A model generated the notes under the pieces. That model saw only the letters and a list, made by a program, of their open reading frames with translations, was not told where the DNA came from and ran no database searches. A DNA stretch of 64,000 nucleotides from Bispira polyomma (Eukaryota): NCBI GenBank assembly GCA_965649765.1, contig OZ287754.1:24800001-24864000 (forward strand), written 5' to 3'. Positions 37,688-49,949 of the stretch are shown here, in pieces. Every line of letters starts with the position of its first letter. The stretch's first letter is position 1. The translations under genes were made by a program, and so were the position numbers.

Positions 37688-40600
37688 CTATATGATCCCT
37701 GTGACAGAAAAAAGAGGACTCCATTTCCCCCATATATTTGAAAAATTCAATGCTTTATCTGTGAGTTTTGCTAAATATTCTTCATCTATATAAATAGATT
37801 CTAATCGTTGCAACAGTGTACTTATATTACGCATATTGTCACTAATGGATGTATCACAAATAAATTTCTTGGTGACAATGATTATTGCATTTAATGGTTT
37901 TTGATTTTGATCAGTGAAAGGATATCCAAATATAATGTCCCAAGTACTAAAAATTACATTAACGTTGATCCTGTCTTTAATAACCCTTGAGAGCTGGGCC
38001 CATACATTTTTTGTACTTTCGCATTCAACAAACATATGCAAAATGGTTTCATCCCGTCCACATTTTCGACACAATGGGTCATCTTTTATCTGAAGTTTAT
38101 ATAAATAGCCTTTTGTTCCTAATATTCTGTAAAGTATTTTCATTTGGAACCATATTAAATTGTTACTCTTAATTGTTCTATGGCAGATGTTGAATATAGT
38201 GGACCATGTTTCATTATCAATAATTAATTTCATGTCTCTGTTCCATTTTAATTTCATTGAATGTTCATTTACATTATTTTTGTTGAATGTTCTGTAGAAA
38301 ACCCTAGCCCCTTGGTTTGCCTTAAATAGTATTTTCATAAAGAAGGGTATTGTCGGTCTTTGCATAATTGCATTTCCTTCTGAGTGTACTTTGCGGAGGA
38401 ATATAGTAACATTTTGTCTAACAGTTAAGTAATTTAATGGATCAATATGATTTATACCGAACTTCTGCTTTAGTCGGCTAAGATCAAGAACTTTTCCAGA
38501 TGTATCTATTACATCGGCCACCATATCAATGCCATTTTTATACCATGTAGACATAAACATAGTCTCTCTTGATATTCTTTCATTAAACCAAAGTGGACTT
38601 GCTAGTAAGTCAAGCCAATATTTCTCGGTTTGGTTTTGACAAATAATGTCCCAGGCATTAAAAACATCCACCCAGAATTTATTTGAGGTTTTTCTTATCA
38701 CATATTTCAGGTAAGTAGGTCCTAAAATAAGAAATTGCGTCAAATCTTCAGTTATGGTATTCTGGAACAGCTGCAGCCACGGTTTATTACAATCTCTTAC
38801 TGTGCGTCGTATCCATGTAGCTTTCGTAGCTTGCATAATATAATCTAAATTACACATCTTAAGTCCACCCAAGTAATAATCAAGCATTAATGTTTTTCTA
38901 TTTATTTTATCAGGTTTATTAGACCATATAAAGTTGAAACATAGGTTTCCTATTTCACTCAATATTGATTTGTCAGGATTTGGAAGACATATAAATATGT
39001 GGTTCAATTTAGAGAGTAAAAGACTCTTAATAACAGTAATTTTTCCTATGGGTGTCAGTGTTCTTCTGCTCCATCTATTTACTAGTTCTTTTACCTCTTT
39101 AAGTTTTTCTATATAATTTAGCTCGATGCACCTGTGTAAGTCTACCGAGAAATTAACTCCCAAAAGGGTAAACTGGCTGGTATCCCATTGAAATTTAATA
39201 TTTATTAATTTTTCTTTGCAATGCTTCTTTTTGCCAATCCATACAATTTGTGTTTTATCTTTGTTTACAATTAATCCAGATATATTGCCAAACACTTCCA
39301 AAGTATTAAGTGCTGCTCTTAATGAATCAGCCGAACCATCCAAGATTAAAGTGGTGTCGTCAGCAAATTGTGTTAGCTTAAATGTCATATTGTTACATTT
39401 AATGCCCTTTATGTCTGGGTTATTTGAAATTAATATAGCTAATATTTGTGCCGCAAGAATAAAAAGATAAGGGGAGATAGGATCTCCCTGTCTACACCCA
39501 CATTGAATGTTTATGAACTCAGAGAGAAAACCACATTGAATCACGCTTGCTTTGATGTCACTGTTAAATAGTCTGATCCAGTCTATAAAGGTTTCATTAA
39601 AATTTAGAAATCTAAGAACATCGTAGATGAAAGGCCATGTAATCGAATCAAAGGCCTTTTCGAAATCAATCATGACTAACATTCCCGGAATATGATGAAC
39701 TTCTGTGTAATGCATAATGTCATAGATGAGACGTGTTGATTCACCGATGTACCGACCTGGGACAAAACCGCATTGTGTGTTATCAATTAAATGATCCAGA
39801 AGAGGCTTAACTCGATTAGCTATTGCTGCAGAGGCCATCTTATACAATACAGTAAGCATAGACAACGGACGCCAATATTTAACAAGCTCACGTGGCTTTC
39901 CTTTCTTTGGTAGGCAAGTAATAACACACTGTCGCAGTGTAAGTGGTAATATTCCTTTTTTAAAGCTGCAATTTAAAGCCTGGGTGATAAAAACTCTTAA
40001 ATCCTTCCAGAATATCTTAAAAAACTCAGAGGGAAATCCATCAATACCGGGTGTTTTATTATTCTTCATTTGTTTTAAGGCCAGACCAATTTCATCTGTA
40101 GAAAGCAGGTCACCAAGATGTGATGTTTGTGCTTCAGTCAATTTCTTTACCTCATAATCCTTTAATAAATTATTCAAATCATAATCCTCCAATTTATCTT
40201 TGCATAGTTGAAAAAGTTTTTTATAATATTGTCTCAGTTCAGCCAAAATTTCATCTTGCTTTGTAATATAGGTATTATCTTTACGTTTTATTCTTTTTAT
40301 TGTTTTTTCAATGTAATTATGACGTTCCAAGGCTAAAAAGTACTTGCTAGGTTTTTCTCCTTCAGCAAGCCATTCAAAACATGACCTTACCTGCTGACCT
40401 TGCATTTTAATATATCTTAAATTTTCAAGTTCAGTTTTTTTAGATTCAATTGTATGAAGCTCATCTACTGGTTTATGTTCTTCTAACCAAGCTATCTCTG
40501 ATAAAAGTGTTCTCTCAAGGTCACAGTTTTTGCGCTTTTTACCAGTTGCATATTTGATGGATTAACCCCCTGATACGTAAAAGTAGTACCTCAATGAACA

Positions 40601-41513
40601 TGTCATAATCAATAGTCATGTTAATATCAGTAAAAGGCTGTTTATTTAGAAAATCAATATTGTAGACTGGAGCTGCATATCTAACATATTCCTCCCTTAT
40701 ACACTGTTTTATTCGACATAAAAATTGGTTTTCTTTCAGAAGACTTGTATTGAGTTTCCATATACCCTTACCTTTGGTGAAATTATTTATTACAAAGCTA
40801 AGTTCCAACATCGAGTGGTCTGATCTATATCCCGGTTTTATGTCTACATTACTAATAAGGTCTGTCATACCAGCTGAAAGCAAAAAATAGTCTAACCTAG
40901 CTTGTTTTGTGGGATTGCGTCGGCGCCATGTATATCTAATTTTGTTTGGGTAGCAATGCCTATAAATATCTAATAAATTATTTTCCTTCAAAATTTGTAG
41001 CACAGTTTGTCTCGAATTTGGATTGTTTACATTAACATAATTATAACTGTCCATATCAGGATTTAAGGTCAAGTTGAAATCACCACACAGTAAAATATAG
41101 TCTTGTTCATTAGTTGCTACTAAGGATCCAACATTTTTATAAAAATCTATATCATCTTTATTTGGACCATATATATTTATAAGCCTTAAGTTAATTCCGT
41201 TAATCTGAAAATCGATCAATATCAAGTTTCCACCTTTGTCTTTGTCTATTTTGCCAATCGTGTATTCAAAATTTGTGCTAAATAGTATTGCTACCCCTCT
41301 TGCATTACCCCTGTTGCCGTTCATAATACATTGGCCATCCCATATTTTTTTCACATCTGGTTCATTTATATCTCTCAAATGAGTATCCTGAAGACATACT
41401 ATATGAGATTTTTTGCCTTTAAAATAGTTCAATACATCAAATAATTTTTCTTTGTTATTTAAACCGCGACAATTTGCTGACAACACAGTTATGTTATTAT
41501 TTACTGCTGACAT
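37688..41513 (-). CDS. LINE ORF2: APE endonuclease, reverse transcriptase and zinc knuckle; single frameshift near 40565
   Basis: SANCRGL, LQDTH, NIYGPN, CGDFN, RLDYF, SDH; KTPGIDG, DFEKAFD, RQGDPISP, QFADD; CRKC...HMFVEC. Confidence 0.95.
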
Positions 41514-42572
41514 TTATTTTGATGCCTAATGATCGCTTGACAAAACAAACTTGTCAAGATGCGCCCATATAAATTCTCTACATAAAAGAGCAACCAGAAT
41601 GTGTACAAAAATCTGTCATCTAGCCTGTACATGTGTTTCAACAGAGCCATTATCTTTAAGATAATAAAAAGTTCAATCATATTGATACTGACACTTAAAT
41701 TACGGTAAAGAAAGTACACTGGAGTAATGCAATTATAACAAAAAAAAATATAAAAAGGAAAAAAAATAAGTACATAAAAAATGCTTGTCATATTTTGACA
41801 ACAAAAGAAAGACAAGCTAACAAATTTGGAAAAAAAAGAAAAGTAAAAAAAAAAAAAAAGTTAGGTTATTACTGGCTGAAGTCCGGTGTGTGGCTACTTA
41901 ATTAACCTGCAAATCAATTTGATTATAAAAGTTAAAAAATTATATAACAAAGGATAAACAAAGTGTTCCATTTGCTTTTAAACACTAGAATACAATGAAA
42001 TAAAAGGCTCCCTAATATTTACTTTTGTCCACCAGCATTTGTGTGGTAAACCATGCAATAGACTAGAGTTAGTGTAAATTCCCCCAATATGGGTGGAAGT
42101 TTTACCCTATACAAGAGTGACCATTTAACCCAATTTAGAACAAAAAGTGGAAATATAACTCTACACACAAGAATGTCCAAATGAAACAAACCTCTATATA
42201 AACACATAGCCAAATTTGTGTGGGGGGGTCATCTCAAGGGGACAAAATCTTCTATTGATAAAACAGAAAATTACATCACACACTTAGGAACAGAATAAAC
42301 ATATCATATATGTTTATCACATAATATTACCAACATATAGATTCAAATATATATACATATACTTATCAATTTAAATTCACCAATTTAAATGATTGTTTAT
42401 GATATTTATAAACAGTTTATAATTATTTCTAGCCTTACCTACTGCAGGTGAATTTTCAAATGAGGGCAACTGTAACTTTAGAACAAATAATTGTTTAGGT
42501 TTTTATAAACTGTTTATGAATATTTCTAGTTTAACTACTGCTGGTAAATTATCAAGTGAAGGTACTTTATCT

Positions 42573-43544
42573 TTAGGACAATGCATGTCTCACACGTTCC
42601 AATGTCTTACCAGCTACATTTTTGCCTGGCCATTTGTCTGGATTGAATATGTCTCTGCTAATCAGTGGTAATCCAACCCCCCAGAATTTGTCAAACATAT
42701 TTGCCTCAACTAGAGTATGCTTGCCTGTGGACAACAAGAAGGACTTTAACTGCTCATTCTGATGAAATTTAGCAAACATTCCTTCATACATATAGTCCGG
42801 AGCCACCTGGAACCATTCTGCCTTTTTGAAACCTCTTACAGATTTGGCCATCTGTTTAATCGTAACAGGGTCTTGGGCTTGAAGGATGCCTTCCGCTGTT
42901 TCCTTATCTTTAAAGTGAGTGGCTTTTTTGTACATCAAGTACTGCTCTGTTGATGTGAATACAATGTCCTCTGCATTAAACTTCGCGGGATGGTGGTTAC
43001 TTAACGGGGAGTTTCTAGTATAAAATGCTTGCACTCCACCATGCCTGGGTGTGAACACATTCTGAGGCAAAAGCAATGGGTTATCAATTGTGTCAATATT
43101 GTCACTAGTGTAAATCTTACCGCCTAGAATGATTCTGTCAACATTGAATCTTGGCTTTAAATCTGGATGTAGCTGAAGTGCTTTGAAGAAAATCGGAAGC
43201 AGCAATTTACGTCTCTCAACAACTTCTCTAGGAAAGTCCTCTTGCACAGTAACACTCATCGTGCGTAGATTCTTTTTTGCTTTCATTATCTTTTCCTTAT
43301 TGTGCCATTGCCAGACCTTTACAATCACTGGTCTAGATCTTCCTTCCATTCTTGGGCCAATAAAATGAGCCTCTGCGATATCCTGCTCTGTAACAGCAAT
43401 TCCCACTTTGGCAAGAATTTCTATAACAACATTGACAAGGTTTTGGGGAGTTGGGCATTGAATACCCAACATCCTAATATTATTTTTTCTTGAGTATGTC
43501 TCTTGCCTTAAATGTTGTTCCTTTAGACTTTTATTTTCTCTTTT
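42573..43544 (-). CDS. LINE ORF1 (end of coiled coil, RRM, CTD) fused to a C-terminal NADAR (YbiA/DUF1768) domain
   Basis: Frame is open to the truncation point (..ETYSRKNNIRMLGI, RPVIVK, VQEDFP..V.ERRK). C-terminal FY...PLSNH, FTSTEQY.M..KA..F.D, AKF.QN..L...LLSTG...LVEA...DKFWGVG, GKN..GK.LE.VR. Confidence 0.92.
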   Translation of the reverse strand, partial: KRENKSLKEQHLRQETYSRKNNIRMLGIQCPTPQNLVNVVIEILAKVGIAVTEQDIAEAHFIGPRMEGRSRPVIVKVWQWHNKEKIMKAKKNLRTMSVTVQEDFPREVVERRKLLLPIFFKALQLHPDLKPRFNVDRIILGGKIYTSDNIDTIDNPLLLPQNVFTPRHGGVQAFYTRNSPLSNHHPAKFNAEDIVFTSTEQYLMYKKATHFKDKETAEGILQAQDPVTIKQMAKSVRGFKKAEWFQVAPDYMYEGMFAKFHQNEQLKSFLLSTGKHTLVEANMFDKFWGVGLPLISRDIFNPDKWPGKNVAGKTLERVRHALS

Positions 43545-46078
43545 TAAATTGCAATAATAGCAGTGGCATAGTTAGTAAATCTAATGTTAGAACTAATAGC
43601 TATTCTGGAAGTAAAGTAGAAAACAAAACTAATGTCAATAACTCTGAGTATCATGTAATTGCTAGTAAAGAAGAAAAAATACAATGTGAAAGTACAGTGA
43701 AATTCTGGGAAAGTACAACTCAGAAAAGTCCAGTTCACGAATATATACACCAGGTTGGGCATTATGAAGTTCATAATGCACTAATATATAGTGATATTTC
43801 TGAAATTGAATGTAACATTTCTACTATAAACTGTATATTTGTGTGTCCACAAGATAATCGTGACCACCAGGTGGTATACTTGCACTTTCCAAAACATAAC
43901 AGCTGGTCAGGTTTCTGCTATGGGATAAAAAGTACCACAAGTGTTAGATATCAGCATTTAGCCAATTTACCAGGCTTTCAGTTAATGGTTACTGACAAAC
44001 AAAAGGTCAATATGTCTGTGCAAACTTGTTATCATGTATATCAGTATAATAATACTGACCGAGAACATGCTGGTCTCACCTTTCGAAACTATCACAGAGA
44101 CCTTACCAGCTACCAGAAAGATAATCACGATTATGTGCAATACATGTATAATATTACTGACATGCTTATTGAAAAGGATAATGTGATAATTTATGTTAAT
44201 AAAGATGAAAAGGTTGGAAAGTCCAAGGTGAGTAGCAAACGAGCGCACACTCCGCCTGTGGATCATGTCGACGGGTTGTTCAGCCCCGACACGGGACACA
44301 GTTCTTCTTCCAAACTAAGTGACATTAAGGACATTACAGACTCTTCCAAAAGTCTAGGCTTAATTAAACTTTCTAGAAAAACCTTCAATTTTGCTGGACC
44401 TGACAGGGATTCGGTTCAGATAGATAGTATAAGTAAAATGACTGATATAGCAAACATTATTAGAAGTACAGGGGTGTCCAACTATAAGCAGGTACGCATT
44501 CCAATTAAATCTCAGTTGAACATTAAGGCCTGGGAGGATATCACCCAGAACCACCCTGACAAAATAATTACACAATATTTAAAGTTTGGCTTTCCACTGT
44601 CATTCAGTGACTCCAAACAACTTAACTCACAAGATGTTACTAACCACCACTCTGCTTTGCAATTTCCTAAGGCTATTGACGAATATCTGAATAAAGAAAA
44701 GAGTAAGGGCGCCATGTTGGGTCCTGTGGCCAACATCCCAGATTCTCAATTCTACTGCTCACCCTTACTTACTAGGCCCAAAAATGGCAGTAAGAGACGA
44801 GTCATTCTTAACCTCTCTTATCCGGTAGGTAATTCAGTTAATGACAACGTTAGTCGGGGAATTTATGATGACACGGAATTCTCACTCAAATTCCCTAGTA
44901 TTGACAATATAACTGCAAGTATTCGGGACACTGATAACCCACTTATGTTTAAGGTGGACATGGCCCGCGCGTTCAGAAATTTAAGAGTCGATCCGGTGGA
45001 CGCCTTAAAGCTGGGTATCAAACATAACGACCAGTATTACGTTGACGCTGCCGTGGTGTTTGGCTGTGCCTACGGCAGTGCTATCTTTCAGCGATGTTCG
45101 GATATCATAGCAGATCAGATGAAAACATTGGGTTATAACCTTCATTGCTACATCGACGACTATGCTTGCATATGTCCGGAATCTCAGGCAAAACAATGTT
45201 TTGACCACCTCTGCAAATTACTGAATTACGTAGGTCTTTCAATGAATCCTGATAAGGTTTGTGCTCCCTCTACTAAGGTCACATTTGTGGGTATTGACAT
45301 TGACATTACTAAGGGAACAATCAGTATAACTAAAGAAAAAATTGCTGAAATATTTCGAACATGTGTCGATACACGGAAAATATCCTGGATATCTCGTACA
45401 AATTTTCAGTGTGTGCTAGGAAAATTGCTTTACATACACAAATGTGTAAAACCTGCCCGTTACTTTATTAATCGTGTCCTTTCAGTTTTTAGGGCTTCCC
45501 CTGGAGCCAAGCGCTTCAAAATTACTAAAAACCTTAAAAGTGATTTAGACTGGTTCATTAATTTTCTTTTTAATTACAACGGGGTCACATATATAAATCC
45601 TCTCCCAATTAAGGCAAACAAAGAAATGTATTTACCTGCATGCCTCACAGGTTTGGGGGGCATTTGGAATGACCAAGTTTACCACACACCTATCTATAAT
45701 GTTTACCAATATGACCTCCATATTACACAATTAGAAATGGTCAATATTGTAGTGGCTTTGAAAGTTTGGGGAGAAAATTGGGCTCACCAAAGGGTGACAG
45801 TCCATTGTGACAACATGGCCGTGGTCTTGGTCGTCCAGACTGGCAAAACTAGAGATCCATACTTAGCTGCTTGTATTCGCAACATTTGGTTGCTTACTTC
45901 AACACACGACATTACTTTAGAAATAGTACACATTAAGGGTAAAAAGAACATATTGGCGGATGCTTTGTCCAGAATCTATTCGGACAATCCTCCTAAACAA
46001 AGTATGATGCAGTTACTTAATCAGTATTAACGAAAACCAGTTCCAATTAGTCATTTTAATTTAAACCTTAACATATAA
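43545..46078 (+). pseudogene. RT-RNase H of YR retrotransposon 1 with a long N-terminal extension
   Basis: FKVDMARAFR, YIDD; RNase H LEMVN, HCDN, ADALSR. First RNase H Asp appears replaced (YLPAC versus HLDAC in element 2). Premature TAA at 46028-46030. Confidence 0.9.
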
Positions 46079-46084
46079 TTTCAG

Positions 46085-47039
46085 GTGCTACATCATCATC
46101 TGACACCTTAGGGAGGGCAGCCATTGACAGAATACATGCTGCTCGCAGACCTTCTACCACAGCAGCATACTCCAGCCAATTCAGAACATACTTGTCGTTT
46201 TTACAGTATGTCCAAATACAGGACATCACCGTCCACTCCGTACTAGCGTTTCTAGAGTATCTGACACAGAACAACATATCTCCAAAAGTGGTGAACAATT
46301 GTTTAGCAGGCATAAAGTTCATGTGTTTGAAGTATAATCTTAATCATACAGTGCTCCAACATAATTCCATTGCTCTGTTCACACGTAGCCTCACTCACAG
46401 TTCTTCTTTTAGACCAGCCCCTAAAGGAGTATTTGATGTCAAACAATTACTGTCAATTTCTGAAAATTGTGAAATACTTAGTGATCCCATACTCTACAGG
46501 GCCATATTTCTGGTAGCTTTCTATGGCTTCCTGCGCATGTTGAACATTGCCCCTCACTCCAGAAGGCAATTTGACCCTTCAAGGCACTTGCTGTGCCAAG
46601 ATTTGATATTTGGCCCTCCTGGGCTTCACATAATCATCAAGTGGGCCAAAAACATGCAGGACCGTTCATACTCGCACATGGTCCAATTACCAAAAATAAA
46701 AATACCACTCCTCTGCCCAGTATGGGCTCTACAGAACCTACTACAATCCAGGAAAATCTCAGATCACTCCCCATCTTTGTAACTGCATCTCCCCCGTACC
46801 ACCCCATAGTGGATTCACACGTTAAGGCAGCTTTGAGAACAGTATTACAACACATAGGTATAAATCATACCATACATGGCTTTCATACGTTCCGTAGATC
46901 CAGAGCTACCCTTGCTTTTAACAACAATATATCACTTCAAAACATCATGGCACACGGGCTGTGGCGAAGCTCTGCTGTATGGACACACCTACAAACAACT
47001 TCCCAAGCTGCCTCAATAATTCCTTCCACACTTTACTGA
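46085..47039 (+). pseudogene. Tyrosine recombinase of element 1 (frameshift near 46775, 3' end clipped)
   Basis: FYGFLR, KWAKN, HTFRRS, HGLWRS; catalytic Tyr appears replaced by His (VWTHL). Frame opens right after tttcag. Confidence 0.9.
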
Positions 47040-47288
47040 CTTTACTTACCATCACACACTAAGGGAACTGTGACTAGCACGACCACTTCAGGGGACTGCT
47101 GTATCAGTTCACATCACAACTTTAATTACCCTTTTAAAAACACTTCTGGTTAATGCTGTTCATTGAACCTTATCAGCCATAACCAATCACCTATTGACCT
47201 CCCTCCTGAAATAGCTTATGCTGCCCCAACTTCTGGCACCATTTTGAAAGCAAGCTTCCACCAGTAAACACTGGAAAAAGTTAAAATT
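47037..47288 (+). repeat. Internal B1-A2 junction repeats
   Basis: B1 47037-47070 matches 47987-48020 (1 mismatch); A2 47067-47288 matches A1. Confidence 0.9.
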
Positions 47289-47986
47289 CCCTCAACCTTC
47301 CGCTTATTCTCCTCCTATAAAAATATACTTTACTTATACAACTCGCGTGGCACCACGTGCTGGTTGGAACCCGGATCCGTGTGGTGCTGGTTCCCAGCTT
47401 ACATCTACCCCCTGGTGTGGGCTACCGGGGATTAAAGCTCTACAGCTGGGAACCTTCACTGCTAGGCGATTAGATGCCGTAGGACCCGGGTTCTGGCGTT
47501 GGTGGTGTTTTCGTTGGAGAAACAATGATTAATTAGTTAGAATCAATTTGTTACATTACTTGTCTGTAAAACTTTATATGCACAATCAGTGCTAGATACA
47601 TTAACAAATCGTAAGGCTCACTGTCAATGAACATTGGGTACCTCAGACGTGGTTCAAGGGATCATTATGATAGTTGCAAGAAAGGTGCATAATGCACTAA
47701 TATACATTGTTAGAACAGGCTTATATGTATGCTTATGATTCTTTTATTGTTTTTAATTGTAACTTTTAGTGACATACTTTTTGGTTAATGGGTAGTCCTA
47801 CATGTATGTTAACTATAGTATTGTGTTTGTATGGTATTACTTACCTATTGTTTGTGCATGTCTGCTTCGGTGGGCTTATTATCGACTATATTTTAAAATT
47901 TTAAATATATCTCATAAACCTGTACATAGATACTAACATGTACAGAAAATAAATCTCCAAACCTTAAAATTCTTGTTATTATTTTA

Positions 47987-48020
47987 TGACTTTACTTACC
48001 ATCATACACTAAGGGAACTG
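47987..48020 (+). repeat. Terminal repeat B2 (part still matching B1)
   Basis: tgactttacttaccatcatacactaagggaactg. Confidence 0.85.
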
Positions 48021-49949
48021 CTGCCTCAGCTCCAACCACAACCATATTTGTTTAGCACCTGTGCTTTACTTTCTGACAATCTCCCACAGCTGGCTAGGCC
48101 AATCATTAATTAGCCTCTTAATTAGATAATTTATTCCCATAATCAAGCACCATATTGAATCTCACAGACCAAGGTGAAAAACTGGAAAATTCCCACCCCA
48201 CACCTTATATTTATCCTGTTAGTAGTTTCTTCGATCACACATATTACATTTTTATATAGGGATTTGAGGCAATTGGGCCAAAGATATGGTGACAATATTA
48301 AGCCATTAATATTAATGATACCTTCTCTGGACCAAACTATGGTCTACGCTTGCTGGGTAACCAGAGCTCAGGCACCATGTAGAGCATCCTGTCTCCTATA
48401 TGTCCTCTGAGTGCACGTTCATGGCACCAGAGTTGAAAAAGAGCTCTGGGAGGCAGGACCCCCTGCTATGCAATTAGGTGCCGAGTTCCTGCTCCAGTCC
48501 GACACACTAAGGGTTACACAGAGGTTACACTTCTTACTGTTTTTATGTCGTCAATACCAAATTCCTGTATAATTCTATTAGGGATTACATTTATTACCTT
48601 TCTGCTTATATCTTTAACTGGTGGGCTTTAATACATCCTTCTATGGAGTTGAATTGATAAACTTCGAGGGCCAGTCTCATGATATTGTGTTACTACGCTA
48701 GCTTATATTTTTAGTGTTTTAATATATGTTAACATAATAATGGTTACGTTTATTATACGTCCAACTATAGTGTTGTTTGCAAAATAGTGCAAATAGTGGT
48801 TCATTACATAACACTTTTACACTTCTTTAATTGAATACATTTTATGATGCATTTCCCCCCTGCCATAGCTATTTTAAACATAGCCATTTTACTTCACCCT
48901 TCTGAGGCTAACATAAACCCTCTGTCTAACATTAAGTTGACCTTAGTTTTGCCTTAGAATCCTGCAGTATGACGATTAAGCACATGGTTTTCTAATTAAA
49001 TAAACAAATCTTAATGCATGGTTAATGCATTTATTCTAGCCTGCTATAGTTACCAAGCATGGGACGGTATATACATTATACTCAATGCTTTCTATAGCAG
49101 AATCCAATTCAACTTGTCTACATGGTGGGACTTGTAATCTTCTTCTAAAGGAGAAGCATTTACTAATTCAATATGTTATTGTTGGGTTTAGTAAGATGGT
49201 GTATGTAATCCTTCTTCTAAAGAAACATTTACTAATTTAATATTTTATTGTTGGGTTTAGTAAGTTGGTGTATGTATCAATACTAATATTATAGTGTGAC
49301 CTCTTATTATGTACGTTTGTTTGTATGATAGATAGGTTTATCAAATAGAAGAGACATTTTTATATGAAACAATAGGAAAAAAATTATTTGGGAGAGTTGA
49401 AATATGTTCATACAATTGAAATATGTGTTTATAATAACAGAAGATTGGATAATAAAGGTTTTACTGTATTATGATTAGACTGGAACCTCCATTATCTAAA
49501 CATACTTACCATCAATAGAAAAACATTTCTATATAAAACAACAGGAAAACATGAACTTATAAAATTGAATATTTGATAATATAAGTTCAGATAGTAGAGG
49601 TTCCACTGTCTTACTTTATTAATGTATTCATATGTCACTCTCAATACAAGTTATATTACATTGCATAGTCTATATATAGCTAATGCTCCAATCTTTGGGC
49701 TAGCGCCAGTTTTGACGTCAGTGGAATATCTTCAAAACAAGGCAGTTATATGCAATAAAATCGCTAAAACTAAATTTATATTTATTAAACTTTTGTCATA
49801 GTTTAACTGACATTGCATAGAAGAGTCCCATTGTCTGCTTGTTGTCATATTTTTACAACAATGTTTCACTGTAACATTCTTAATAACATTAGATTCAGGT
49901 AAGACAATAGCTGTGATTTTTCCCACCATAATAATTATCAAATTTCAGT

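Larger units (their letters stand above)
37377..43544 (-). mobile_element. L1/Tx1-clade LINE, truncated within ORF1, inserted antisense in YR element 1
   Basis: 14-bp TSD taaattgcaataat (37363-37376 / 43545-43558), A-rich tail at 37377-37402, ORF1 plus APE-RT ORF2. Confidence 0.95.
35849..48020 (+). mobile_element. Tyrosine-recombinase retrotransposon 1 (Ngaro/PAT-like, split direct repeats), interrupted by a LINE
   Basis: Order A1 - gag - RT/RNase H - YR - B1 A2 - spacer - B2. No methyltransferase ORF seen. Confidence 0.9.

Noticed and set aside
42573-43030. NADAR as a host gene or stray bacterial ybiA
   Set aside because: It is in frame with L1-type ORF1 motifs and lies within the LINE TSD boundaries.
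43490-43544. Predicted start of the 846-aa ORF
   Set aside because: These codons are the antisense 5' end of the inserted LINE; real pol sequence resumes at the TSD (43545).
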